Assembly (NCBI GenBank): GCA_036380875.1
Contig: DASVDX010000022.1
Location: 15,753 to 79,752, forward strand
Direction: 5' to 3'
Source of the DNA: Acidimicrobiia bacterium
Lineage (GTDB): Bacteria; Actinomycetota; Acidimicrobiia; Spongiisociales; ZC4RG35
DNA length: 64,000 nt
The translations under genes and the position numbers were made by a program. Numbering within the stretch: position 1 is the first letter of the stretch; each line of letters starts with the position of its first letter. Positions 17,681 to 26,718 of the stretch are shown in pieces. Below the pieces are notes generated by a model that did not search any database, was not told the origin of the DNA, and saw only the letters and a list, made by a program, of their open reading frames with translations.

Positions 17681-18895
17681 TCAGGCGCCGGGGCCTTCGC
17701 AGGCGATGGCCTGCTCGGGCGTGTAGCTCGTCCAGCCTTCGATCTGGAGGCCGAGCGGCCACAGCGGATCGAGCCCGTCCACCAGCCACGACTCCAGCGT
17801 GGCCCGTCCCTCGTCGGAGACGTTGTCGGCCAGCACCGGATCCAACAGGACCGTGTTGGGCTGGCTGGCGTCCGGAGCAGTCTCGACGGTCTCGCCGTTG
17901 AGCAGCTTGAGGGCGAGGTTGACGCCGGCACCACCGACGGCGGCGGTGTTGGTCACTGCCGCGCCGACGAGGCCCGGATAACCCTCCTCGTCCAGGAGCT
18001 GCTGCACGAACGCCCCGAGGTCGGCGCCGACGATCGGCACGAAGTCGAGGCCGGCATCGGCGATGGCATCCACGACCTGCGAGTCCATGCCGGAGGTCCA
18101 GATGCCGTCTATGCCCTGGTACTGGCCGGAGGCGATGAAGTCGTTGATCAGCTGGGTGGTCGTCGCCGGGTCCCAACCGGTGTGGACACCTTCGGGGCCG
18201 GGAACCACCTCGATGTTCGGGTACTCCTCCAACGCCATGTTGAAGCCGATGTGGCGGTCGTTGTCGGCCGGGTGGCCGGCGAAGCCCCGCATGTAGTAGA
18301 CGACACCTTCGCCGCCCAGCTGCTCGAACAGCCACTTGGCGCCGAGATAGGCGTACTGCACCTGGTTGTTGTACAGGTTGTAGGTGTCCTCGTGGGTCAC
18401 GTAGGCGTCGACCGACACGGTGATGATGCCGGCGGCGGCCGCCTCCTCGAGTGCCGGGTTGAGGGCGTCGGGGTCGTTCGGGTTGAAGACGATGGCGTCC
18501 ACGCCGGCGGCGATCAGGTCACGGATGTCGGACAACTGACCAGCGGCGTCGGTGTTCCGATGGATGGTGATCAGCTCGGTGACCTGCCCGGAGGCGAGAG
18601 CCTCGGCTTGCGCCGTGCACACCTGTTCCTCGCGGAAGCCGTTGCCGACACCGCCGCCGTTGGAGTAGCCGATGCGGAAACCCTCGCCGGCCGGCTCTTC
18701 GCCGACAGTGGTGTCGGGCGCGGCGGTTGTGTCGGGGGTCGTCTCTCCCGTCGTCTCGGGGGGAGTGGTCTCGGCGGCAGGTTCCGTCGCCGCCGTCGTC
18801 GTATCGGCGCTGCCGCCACCACCGCAAGCGGCGAGCAGCAAGGCCAGCACCAGGGTCAGGGCGATTCGCGCTGACCACTTTCGCTGTCTGGTCAT
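17681..18895 (-). CDS. Sugar ABC transporter substrate-binding lipoprotein (PBP type I)
   Basis: Signal peptide and lipobox LLLAACGGGG, a T/A/P/E-rich linker, then a periplasmic-binding-protein fold. RBS GGAGGAG. Confidence 0.8.
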   Translation of the reverse strand: MTRQRKWSARIALTLVLALLLAACGGGGSADTTTAATEPAAETTPPETTGETTPDTTAAPDTTVGEEPAGEGFRIGYSNGGGVGNGFREEQVCTAQAEALASGQVTELITIHRNTDAAGQLSDIRDLIAAGVDAIVFNPNDPDALNPALEEAAAAGIITVSVDAYVTHEDTYNLYNNQVQYAYLGAKWLFEQLGGEGVVYYMRGFAGHPADNDRHIGFNMALEEYPNIEVVPGPEGVHTGWDPATTTQLINDFIASGQYQGIDGIWTSGMDSQVVDAIADAGLDFVPIVGADLGAFVQQLLDEEGYPGLVGAAVTNTAAVGGAGVNLALKLLNGETVETAPDASQPNTVLLDPVLADNVSDEGRATLESWLVDGLDPLWPLGLQIEGWTSYTPEQAIACEGPGA

Positions 18896-18968
18896 GTTTG
18901 TCTCCTCCGTCTAACCGACCTGCCGGGCGGTAGTGTCACATCCCCCCGGCGGTTTGTCGAGTGCAATG

Positions 18969-18982
18969 TGTAACCGTTTTCC
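18969..18982. promoter_or_regulatory. LacI-type operator-like palindrome TGTAACCGTTTTCC upstream of the sugar ABC SBP gene
   Basis: Matches the LacI-family consensus TGnAAnCGnTTnCA with a central CG. Confidence 0.45.
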
Positions 18983-19079
18983 GTGCGCCTGTCCATCACA
19001 ACCGGGGGATTTTGTGACCCGGCGGCGGGATCGAGGGAACCGGTTGACCTCGCCGCCGGCCATGAGGTAGCCTCCTCAT

Positions 19080-19093
19080 GGAAAACGCTTGCC
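19080..19093. promoter_or_regulatory. LacI-type operator-like site GGAAAACGCTTGCC about 50 bp upstream of the LLM oxidoreductase gene
   Basis: AAnCGnTT core with GCC flank; same family as the other sites. Confidence 0.4.
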
Positions 19094-19141
19094 AGCCGGA
19101 TCGGTGTTGGCGGGCGGAGGAGAAGCGGCAAGGAAGGTCGT

Positions 19142-20152
19142 ATGCAAAACGTTGAGCGGTTCGGTGTGTTCCTGCCCTCGTTCATTTGGGCGGGCGACGG
19201 CCCGGAGCGAGCCCGGGGGATCAAGGACTTCGCTCGCCAGGTGGAGGACCTCGGATTCGATTCGATCTTCGTGACCGATCACTTGCTGGCTGCGAAGCAG
19301 TTCTACTCGGTGAACTTCCTCGAACCGATCTCGGCCTTGTCCGTCGCCGCCGGTGTCACGTCGCGGGTGAAGTTGGGCACCTCGGTCATGGTGCTCCCGA
19401 TCCGCGAGCCGGTGCTGCTCGCCAAGCAGCTGGCGACCTTGCACTTCCTCTCCGAGGGGAGGGCGATCCTCGGTGCCGGCATCGGCTGGTACCCGCCCGA
19501 ATACGCCGCCACCGGCGTGAAGAAGTCCGAGCGGGGGCCGCGCACCGACGAGATCCTCGACATCATCATCCCCGCCCTCGAAGGCAAGTCCGTCACCTAC
19601 AGCGGTCGCTTCTACCAGATCGAGGACGTGGAGATCGAGCCGCGCCTGCCCGAGCGTCCCGAGATCTGGATCGGTGGTGGCTCCCAGCTCGCCGATCCCG
19701 GCTCGCCCGACCTTCCCCGGTTCGTCGATGCGGTCAAGAAGCGCATCTTGCGCACGGAAGGGTGGATCCCCCGTCCCACGTGCCCGCCGGAGGACATCGC
19801 CCGGGACTGGGAGGAGCTGCAGGCATATCTCCGCGAGAACGGCCGTGACCCGTCGACCCTGACCGTGGCGCACGAGAACTTCATGCATCTCGTCCTGACC
19901 CAGGACCGGGAGAAGGCGCTGGCCGAGCAGCACGAGGCGTTCCTGCGGGTGATGAGCGAGGCCCGCGGGCGCGAGTACCTCGAGAAGGTGTACCTGTTCG
20001 GCACCCCCGACGACATCGTCGAGTCCCTGCAGGCGAGGATCGACGCCGGTGTGCAGCGTTTCATGCTCCACACCATGACGCCCGATCCGGGCCAGCTCGA
20101 GCATTGGATCACCGAGGTGATCGCCCACGTCCGGTTCCCGGACGAGGGATGA
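19142..20152 (+). CDS. LLM-class (luciferase-like) flavin/F420-dependent oxidoreductase
   Basis: GVFLP...GFDSIFVTDHL...LGTSVMVLPIREPVLLAKQLATL is the TIM-barrel LLM signature. RBS AAGGAAGG. Confidence 0.8.
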   Translation: MQNVERFGVFLPSFIWAGDGPERARGIKDFARQVEDLGFDSIFVTDHLLAAKQFYSVNFLEPISALSVAAGVTSRVKLGTSVMVLPIREPVLLAKQLATLHFLSEGRAILGAGIGWYPPEYAATGVKKSERGPRTDEILDIIIPALEGKSVTYSGRFYQIEDVEIEPRLPERPEIWIGGGSQLADPGSPDLPRFVDAVKKRILRTEGWIPRPTCPPEDIARDWEELQAYLRENGRDPSTLTVAHENFMHLVLTQDREKALAEQHEAFLRVMSEARGREYLEKVYLFGTPDDIVESLQARIDAGVQRFMLHTMTPDPGQLEHWITEVIAHVRFPDEG

Positions 20153-20158
20153 GGCCAG

Positions 20159-20199
20159 CACCTGCCGCGCCAACGTTGGCGGTCAGGTGGCGCGGCAGG
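20159..20199. terminator. Stem-loop after the LLM gene: 12-bp stem ACCTGCCGCGCC / GGCGCGGCAGGT with a 17-nt loop that itself contains the 14-bp palindrome CGCCAACGTTGGCG
   Basis: Nested inverted repeats in the 92-bp gap between the LLM and the NitT/TauT ATPase genes. Could act as a terminator/attenuator or as a protein-binding site. Confidence 0.45.
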
Positions 20200-20244
20200 T
20201 AGCGTGCGATCGGTAAGCGGTTTCCCTCCCCGAGGAGGCGGCTG

Positions 20245-21036
20245 GTGAGTCAACCGGAGGTCAGGTCGACCGTTGTGGATGAGGCGATCACGCTCCGGGG
20301 AGTCTCGAAGGTGTTCGGCACCGGCGACCGCGCCGTGACCGCTCTCCAGGCTCTGGACCTCGACATCGCCGCCGGCAGCTTCGTCTCTTTGCTCGGGCCG
20401 TCGGGCTGTGGGAAGACCACCCTGCTGCGCATGATCGGCGGCCTCGAAGAGCCCACCACGGGGACGATCGCCGTGGGCCGAGACTCGGTGGAGACCGCCC
20501 TGCGCAACCGCCTCTTCGGGTTCGTCTTCCAGGACGCCACCCTGCTGCCCTGGAGGACGGTCGAAGCCAACGCCTCGTTGCTCCTCGACGTCACGGGCCA
20601 GGGACCCGCCCGCCAGAAGGTGGCAGAGTTGCTGCGGCTCGTCGGACTCGCCGGCTTCGAACGCGCCTACCCGGACCAACTGTCGGGGGGGATGCGGCAG
20701 CGCGTCTCCCTCGCCCGGGCGCTGGCACTCGATCCCCGGGTGCTGCTCATGGACGAGCCCTTCGCCGCCCTCGACTCGATCACGCGGGACCGGATGGGTG
20801 AGGAGCTCCTGCGGATCTGGGATCGGTCGCGCACCGTGGTGTTCGTCACCCACTCGATCGCCGAAGCAGCCCTGCTGTCCGACCGGGTGCTCGTGTTGTC
20901 GGCCCGGCCCGGGCGGATCATCGCCGATGTGGCCATCGACCTCCCCCATCCCCGCACCGGGTCGGTACGGCAGACACCGGAGTTCTCGGAATACGTGCGG
21001 ATCCTGCGGTCCCACATCGAGGAGGCGTCTTCATGA
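20245..21036 (+). CDS. ABC transporter ATP-binding protein, NitT/TauT (SsuB/TauB-like) family
   Basis: Walker A GPSGCGKTT, LSGGMRQR signature and Walker B LLMDEPF. GTG start with RBS GAGGAGG. Confidence 0.85.
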   Translation: MSQPEVRSTVVDEAITLRGVSKVFGTGDRAVTALQALDLDIAAGSFVSLLGPSGCGKTTLLRMIGGLEEPTTGTIAVGRDSVETALRNRLFGFVFQDATLLPWRTVEANASLLLDVTGQGPARQKVAELLRLVGLAGFERAYPDQLSGGMRQRVSLARALALDPRVLLMDEPFAALDSITRDRMGEELLRIWDRSRTVVFVTHSIAEAALLSDRVLVLSARPGRIIADVAIDLPHPRTGSVRQTPEFSEYVRILRSHIEEASS

Positions 21037-21869
21037 CGGACGCCTCGGGCCTGCGGGTATCGACGGTCGACACCGAGGCGGCGGTCGTCCAGGCCGTCCG
21101 CCGCTCGGGTCTCTCGAATTGGCGGGCGTGGATCTATCCCAGCGCCTTCCTCGTTGCGCTCGTGCTGCTCTGGGAGTTGCTCGCCCGTCTGGAAGTGGTC
21201 GAGCCTTACATCCTCCCGGCGCCGACCGCGGTCCTCGACCGCATGGTGGCGGACTGGCCGGTCCTGTGGGACCACACGGTCACGACGCTGGCCGAGATCG
21301 GAGCGGGGTTCGGTCTCGGAGCCGTCGTCGGCATCGTGCTGGCGCTGCCCATCGCCTACTCGGCGGTCTTCCGCAACACCGTCTACCCGCTGATCGTCGC
21401 CTCCCAGGCGGTGCCGAAGATCGCCATCGCTCCCCTCCTCGTCCTCTGGCTCGGGTTCGGCATGTGGCCCAAGATCGTCATCACGGCGCTGATGGTCTTC
21501 TTCCCGGTGGTGGTGACCGCCGCCGAGGGCTTCGCCTCCGTCGACCGGTCCCTCCTCGAGTTGCTCCGCTCGGTCTCCGCGCCCCGCCACCAGATCTTTT
21601 CTCGCATCACCCTGCCCCACTCCCTGCCCCGAATCATGGCCGGTCTCAAGATCGGCATCACGCTGGCGGTCGTCGGCGCCATCGTCGGCGAGTGGGTCGG
21701 CGCCGACTCCGGCCTCGGGTACCTCCTCGTCTACGCCAACACCTTCCTCGACTCGACGCTTCTGTTCGCCTCGCTCGTGTTGCTCGTGGTGATCGGTGTC
21801 GTCCTGTTCATGCTCATCGGCGGTCTCGAGCGTCTGCTCATGCCCTGGCAGTACCGGTCCGGCAGGTGA
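21033..21869 (+). CDS. ABC transporter permease, NitT/TauT (SsuC/TauC-like) family
   Basis: Six hydrophobic segments and the permease EAA-like loop. ATGA overlap upstream. Confidence 0.8.
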   Translation: MTDASGLRVSTVDTEAAVVQAVRRSGLSNWRAWIYPSAFLVALVLLWELLARLEVVEPYILPAPTAVLDRMVADWPVLWDHTVTTLAEIGAGFGLGAVVGIVLALPIAYSAVFRNTVYPLIVASQAVPKIAIAPLLVLWLGFGMWPKIVITALMVFFPVVVTAAEGFASVDRSLLELLRSVSAPRHQIFSRITLPHSLPRIMAGLKIGITLAVVGAIVGEWVGADSGLGYLLVYANTFLDSTLLFASLVLLVVIGVVLFMLIGGLERLLMPWQYRSGR

Positions 21870-21911
21870 TCTCCGATGCCCCAACCTCCTTTCCTCGCTC
21901 CGGCCAACCCC

Positions 21912-21925
21912 AGTAAACGCTTGCC
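21912..21925. promoter_or_regulatory. LacI-type operator-like site AGTAAACGCTTGCC between the NitT/TauT permease and SBP genes
   Basis: AAnCGnTTGCC pattern. Confidence 0.4.
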
Positions 21926-21958
21926 GCCATGGTGGGCACGACCAACAGGGAGAGACAC

Positions 21959-23029
21959 ATGAGAAGCAAGAGAGCAGCACTCGCCATCGTTCTCGCGCTG
22001 GTGATCGCCGCCTGCGGTGGAGACGGGGGCGAGGCGACCACTACGGCCGCCGACGCCACGACCCCGCCGGCGACCGAGGCCACGACGCCCCCGGCCACCG
22101 AGGAGACGACTGCCACCAGCGCACCCGGGGAGACACCGACGGAGATGGCCTCGGTCAGGTTCCGTCTGAACTGGGTGATCGCCGGCAACCACGCCCCGTA
22201 CTTCCTGGCGAAGAAGGAAGGCTTTTGGGAGGCGTGTGGGCTCGACGTGACCCTCAACGCCGGCCAGGGCTCCGGCGACACCGCCCAACTCGTGGGAACC
22301 GGCGCCGAGGAGTTCGGGCTCACCGACGCGGTGTCGATCTCAGCGGGTCGCTCCCAGGGGCTTCCCATCAAGTCGATCGGCGTCATCTACCAGGACAACC
22401 CGTCGTCTCTCGTCTCCTACGTCGACACCGGGATCGAGGAGCTGGCCGACGTCGAGGGCAAGACCTACGGCGCGGTCCCGGGTGGCTCCCCTTATCTGCT
22501 CCTCCACGCCTTGTGGGAGGAGAACGGCATCGACGTCGACAGCATCCGCGAGGTGAGCGTGCCGGCACCGGGCATCGCCCAGCTCAAGACCCGCCAGGTC
22601 GACTTCATCACCTTCTTCGGCAACGAGGTGGTGAACATCGAAGCGGACACCAGCCTGCTCAACGTCCTCTTCTTCCGTGACTTCGGCCTGGAGAGCTACG
22701 GGTTGGCGCTGGCCGCCTCCGACGACTACATCGCCGAGAACCCCAACGCCGTGCAGTGCTTCGTCGACGGCGTCCGCCAGGGCTTCGAAGCCGCGGCGGC
22801 CGATCCCGAGGCGGCGCTGCAGGCCCTGTACGAAGCCGCTCCGGAGACGGAACAGGCTCCGGAGGTCCATCAGGCCATGCTCGAAGGTGCCTTCGAGTTC
22901 GCCGGTGACGACCTGCTCAGCCAGAACCTCGAGAAGTGGACCGCCACCCACGACTTCCTCTTCGAGGCAGGCGTGATCGAAGAGGCCGTGGACCCGGCGG
23001 AGCTGTTCACAGACGAGTTCGGTCAGTGA
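21959..23029 (+). CDS. ABC transporter substrate-binding lipoprotein, NMT1/SsuA/TauA-like
   Basis: Lipobox LVIAACGG, a T/A/P-rich linker, then the RLNWVIAGNHAPYFLA NMT1-like fold. A LacI-type palindrome lies 35 bp upstream. Confidence 0.8.
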   Translation: MRSKRAALAIVLALVIAACGGDGGEATTTAADATTPPATEATTPPATEETTATSAPGETPTEMASVRFRLNWVIAGNHAPYFLAKKEGFWEACGLDVTLNAGQGSGDTAQLVGTGAEEFGLTDAVSISAGRSQGLPIKSIGVIYQDNPSSLVSYVDTGIEELADVEGKTYGAVPGGSPYLLLHALWEENGIDVDSIREVSVPAPGIAQLKTRQVDFITFFGNEVVNIEADTSLLNVLFFRDFGLESYGLALAASDDYIAENPNAVQCFVDGVRQGFEAAAADPEAALQALYEAAPETEQAPEVHQAMLEGAFEFAGDDLLSQNLEKWTATHDFLFEAGVIEEAVDPAELFTDEFGQ

Positions 23030-23802
23030 CGGAGCCGACCGCCGTGTTCGACAACGCATTGGAAGGAAAGACCGTCCTGGTGACCGGCGGCAGCCGGGGC
23101 ATCGGTGCGGCCATCGCCACGGCCTGCGCCGATGCCGGCGCCGACGTGGCGGTCGGATACGTGGAGAATCGGGCCGGAGCCGAACGGACGGTCGAGGCCG
23201 TGGAGGAACGGGGTCGCAAGGCGGAGGCCTTCAAGGCCGACGTCAGCGACCCCGGCCAAGTGGCCGACATGGTCCGGGCCGTGACCGAGCGCTTCGGTCG
23301 CATCGACGCCCTCGTCAACAACGCCGGGATCATGCCCGAGTCCCCGGTCCTCGAGATGTCGGTCGAGGAGTGGAAGCGGGTCCTCGACGTCGACCTCACG
23401 GGTGCCTTCCTGTGCACTCGTGAGGTCGTCCCCGCGATGGTCGAGAGGGGTGAGGGATCGATCGTGATGATCGCTTCCCGTCTCGGCCAGATCGGCTTTG
23501 CCGGGGTAGCCCACTACGCCGCCGCCAAGGCGGGCGTCATTGGACTCACCAAGTCGCTCGCCAAGGAGCTCGGCCCCAAGGGAATCCGGGTCAACGCCGT
23601 GGCGCCCGGCGTGACCGTCACCGACATGGCGGCCGAAGTGATGCAAGGTGAAGTGGGCCAGAGGCGGCTCGCCGAACTCCCCGCCGGTCGCTTCGCCCGG
23701 CCCGAGGAAGTGGCAGCGAGCGTCGTGTTCCTGCTCTCTCCGGCCGCATCCATGTACTACGGGCAGACGCTGGCCCCCAACGGCGGGGGGTACATGGCAT
23801 GA
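23026..23802 (+). CDS. SDR-family oxidoreductase (FabG-like)
   Basis: TGGSRGIGAAIA, NNAG and YAAAKAG motifs. GTG start overlapping the SBP stop. Confidence 0.85.
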   Translation: MTEPTAVFDNALEGKTVLVTGGSRGIGAAIATACADAGADVAVGYVENRAGAERTVEAVEERGRKAEAFKADVSDPGQVADMVRAVTERFGRIDALVNNAGIMPESPVLEMSVEEWKRVLDVDLTGAFLCTREVVPAMVERGEGSIVMIASRLGQIGFAGVAHYAAAKAGVIGLTKSLAKELGPKGIRVNAVAPGVTVTDMAAEVMQGEVGQRRLAELPAGRFARPEEVAASVVFLLSPAASMYYGQTLAPNGGGYMA

Positions 23803-24575
23803 GCTCCGAACTGGTCGAGATCGAGGGCGGCCCCACCTCCATCCTGCGGCTCAACAACCCGCCGCTGAACCTCATCACGGTCGAGGTCACCCGCGCCCTC
23901 GATGCCGCCCTCGCCAGGCTCGAGGAGGATCCCGACGTCCGCGCCGTCGTGGTGACTGGCGCCGGCGATCGCGCATTCTGCGTCGGTTCCGACGTGAAGG
24001 AGTTCGAGTCGCTCAAGGGCCGCGTGGGCGAGGGCAAGCTCCTCCTCGAGAAGGCCGTCTACCGCCGGCTCGCCCGCCTCCCTGTGCCGACGATCGCCGC
24101 CATCGGCGGGGACGCATTGGGCGGCGGCCTGGAGCTCGCCCTGTGCTGCGACATCCTCGTCGCCGACGAGAACGCCCGCCTGGGCCTGCCCGAGGTGCGG
24201 CTCGGTGTGATGCCCGGGTCGGGCGGCACCCAACGCCTCCCGCGTCTCGTTGGGCTGGCCCGGGCCAAGGAGATGATCCTGACGGGCGAGATCTACGACG
24301 CCCACCAGGCCGAGAAGATGGGGCTCATCAACCGTGTCGCCGCCGCCGGCACCGCCCTCGAGGAGGCCCTGTCCATCGCCAGCACCATCGCCCAGCGCGG
24401 CCCGGTGGCGGTGCGGGAAGCCAAAAAGGTCATAGACCTGGCTCTCGACGTGCCTTTGGACCAGGGATTGGCGGCGGAACTGGACGCATCCGAGCGGGTG
24501 TTCCGGACCGAAGACATGCTCGAAGGAGCCCGCGCCTTCTTCGAAAAACGGCCCCCGGAGTTCAAGAACCGATGA
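23799..24575 (+). CDS. Enoyl-CoA hydratase/isomerase (crotonase) family protein
   Basis: Crotonase fold motifs [19 protein letters not shown] and [13 protein letters not shown]. Confidence 0.85.
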   Translation: MSSELVEIEGGPTSILRLNNPPLNLITVEVTRALDAALARLEEDPDVRAVVVTGAGDRAFCVGSDVKEFESLKGRVGEGKLLLEKAVYRRLARLPVPTIAAIGGDALGGGLELALCCDILVADENARLGLPEVRLGVMPGSGGTQRLPRLVGLARAKEMILTGEIYDAHQAEKMGLINRVAAAGTALEEALSIASTIAQRGPVAVREAKKVIDLALDVPLDQGLAAELDASERVFRTEDMLEGARAFFEKRPPEFKNR

Positions 24576-25441
24576 CAGCCGAAACGAGCACTCCGGCGAA
24601 GAGAGTGGCGCTGATCGGAAAGCCACTGCGCCGCCTCCACTCGCGGGTTATGCACAACGCCGCCTTTCGCCACTACGGGATCGAGGCCGATTACGAACTG
24701 GCCGAGATCGAGCCCGAGGAAGTCGGGGCCTTCGTCGCTTCCACACGGGCACCGGAGTGGTTCGGCTTCCAGATCACGGCTCCCTACAAGCAGGTGGTCG
24801 TCGAGCACCTCGACGAAGTGGAAGGGCCCGCCCGCGCCATCGGCGCAGTCAACTCGGTGGTTCGCGAGGCCGACGGTTCCCTGGTCGGGTTCAACACCGA
24901 CGCTCCCGGGTTCATCTCTGCCGTGAAAGGCGCGGGAGTGGACATCGCCGGCGTCCGCGCGGTGGTCGCCGGGGCGGGCGGGGCGGCACGAGCCGTGGTG
25001 TGGGGCCTCCTCGACGAGGGCGCCGCCGAGGTGACTGTCCTCAACCGGACACTGGAGCGCGCCGAGGCCCTGGCCGAGTCGATGGCGTCGGTGGGGACGG
25101 TCACGGCGCTCAGCGCGGAAGACCCCCGGGCGGCGGAGGCTCTATCCGGCTGCGGGATGGCGGTGAATGCGACCACCGTGGGGATGACCACTCCGGGGAC
25201 GGCCTTCGACGTCGAACTGCTGCCTGTCGACGCCGCCGTCTTCGACCTCGTCTACGTGCCTCCGATGACCCCGCTCGTGGAGGCGGCCAGCCGACGCGGT
25301 CTCGTGGTCCGCAACGGCCTCGACATGCTCGTCGCCCAAGCCGAGATCGCCTTCGGGCGCTGGACCGGCATCAGCGACGCCGGGCCTGTGATGCGCCGGG
25401 CGCTGGACGAGTGGGAAGGGCTGGAGAGCGGACAAGCCTGA
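24572..25441 (+). CDS. Shikimate/quinate 5-dehydrogenase family protein (AroE-like)
   Basis: NAAF...GFQITAPYK...VNSVV...GFNTDAPGF...VAGAGGAARAV...LNRT motifs. Start chosen at the ATG overlapping the crotonase stop; the 597-aa track ORF N-terminus was rejected. Confidence 0.8.
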   Translation: MTAETSTPAKRVALIGKPLRRLHSRVMHNAAFRHYGIEADYELAEIEPEEVGAFVASTRAPEWFGFQITAPYKQVVVEHLDEVEGPARAIGAVNSVVREADGSLVGFNTDAPGFISAVKGAGVDIAGVRAVVAGAGGAARAVVWGLLDEGAAEVTVLNRTLERAEALAESMASVGTVTALSAEDPRAAEALSGCGMAVNATTVGMTTPGTAFDVELLPVDAAVFDLVYVPPMTPLVEAASRRGLVVRNGLDMLVAQAEIAFGRWTGISDAGPVMRRALDEWEGLESGQA

Positions 25442-25442
25442 T

Positions 25443-26645
25443 ATGCGGCCCATCGAGCGAACACTCGCCGACGCTGGCCTCCCGCCTCTCGGCCGCACGG
25501 CCTGGGTCGAAGTCGACACCGACCAACTGACCGAAAACGCCCGGCGACTGGCCGCCTTCGTCGCCCCCCTCCAACTGGGGGCGGTCGTGAAAGCCGACGG
25601 GTACGGCCACGGTCTGGAGGTGGCGGCCCGGTGCGCGGTGCGGGGCGGGGCGACATGGCTGTGCACCGCCACCCTCGAGGAGGCGGTGCGGCTGCGCCTC
25701 GACGGATACGAAGGCAGGGTGTTCGTCCTCTATCCGATCCCCGCTTCCCAGGCGGCCGTCGCCCGCCAACGGGACATCGACGTGTCGATCGGTTCCCTCG
25801 CCGACCTGCGGCGGATCGAGGAGGTCGAAGGCCTGGCGGTTCACATAGAAGTCGACACCGGCATGACCCGGGGAGGCTGCCGTCCCGACGCCTTCGATCG
25901 CCTCCTCGCCGCCGTCCACGGCTCGGCGGTACGGCTCGTCGGGGTGTGGACGCATCTCGCTTCGCCCGAGGATCCGGCCGTCACGGAGCGGCAACTCGAC
26001 ATCTTCCATGAGGTGACCGACCCCGTCCCGGCCGACGTCCTCCGCCACACCGCCGCCTCGGGAGGGATCCTCGCCGCCGACCTCGCCGGGCAGCACCTGG
26101 TCCGAGCCGGCCTCGTCTACTACGGCTACCACCCGGGGACCGCAGAGGGCCTGCCGGAAGGTGTGGCTCCGGCCCTCGAGATCAAGGCCCATCCGGTGCG
26201 GGTGGCGGATGTCGACGAGGGAACAGGGGTGGGCTACGCCTCCACGTGGGTGGCGGCTCGCCCGTCTCGCATCGCAACCGTCCCGATGGGGTACGCCGAC
26301 GGGTGGGCGCGTGTCTTGTCCCCGGGATCGTCCGCCCTCGCCGGAGGTCGCCGTGTCCCCCTGGTGGGACGGATCTCCTCCGATGCCATCACCATCGATG
26401 TCACCGACGTGCCTGGAGTGGACGACGACACCGAAATCTGTTTGCTGGGCCGACAAGGCGGCGAATCCGTCACCGCCGACGAGATCGCCCGGCTCCGGGG
26501 ATCGATTTCCTGGGAGGTGCTTCAGCAACTCGGAGCCCGGCTTCCACGGGTCTACATCGCCGGCGGGCAGGCCGTGGGCGTCCGACCCGAGTTCGCCCGC
26601 CAGGTCACCTACGCCGCTTCTGGCGCCCTCTCCTATCGAGTCTGA
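25443..26645 (+). CDS. Alanine racemase family PLP enzyme
   Basis: AVVKADGYGHG PLP-lysine motif and the C-terminal alanine-racemase domain. 400 aa. Confidence 0.8.
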   Translation: MRPIERTLADAGLPPLGRTAWVEVDTDQLTENARRLAAFVAPLQLGAVVKADGYGHGLEVAARCAVRGGATWLCTATLEEAVRLRLDGYEGRVFVLYPIPASQAAVARQRDIDVSIGSLADLRRIEEVEGLAVHIEVDTGMTRGGCRPDAFDRLLAAVHGSAVRLVGVWTHLASPEDPAVTERQLDIFHEVTDPVPADVLRHTAASGGILAADLAGQHLVRAGLVYYGYHPGTAEGLPEGVAPALEIKAHPVRVADVDEGTGVGYASTWVAARPSRIATVPMGYADGWARVLSPGSSALAGGRRVPLVGRISSDAITIDVTDVPGVDDDTEICLLGRQGGESVTADEIARLRGSISWEVLQQLGARLPRVYIAGGQAVGVRPEFARQVTYAASGALSYRV

Positions 26646-26718
26646 TGGGCGCTTGCTCGGCTCGGCGGATCTCCTTATCCTGGGTCGTGGATAACGGTTT
26701 CCATCGGAAGGGGTAACC

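Noticed and set aside
20165-20178. CGCCAACGTTGGCG as another LacI-type operator
   Set aside because: The AA/TT dinucleotides are shifted by one position relative to the TGnAAnCGnTTnCA register shared by the other sites; kept only as part of the nested-hairpin observation.
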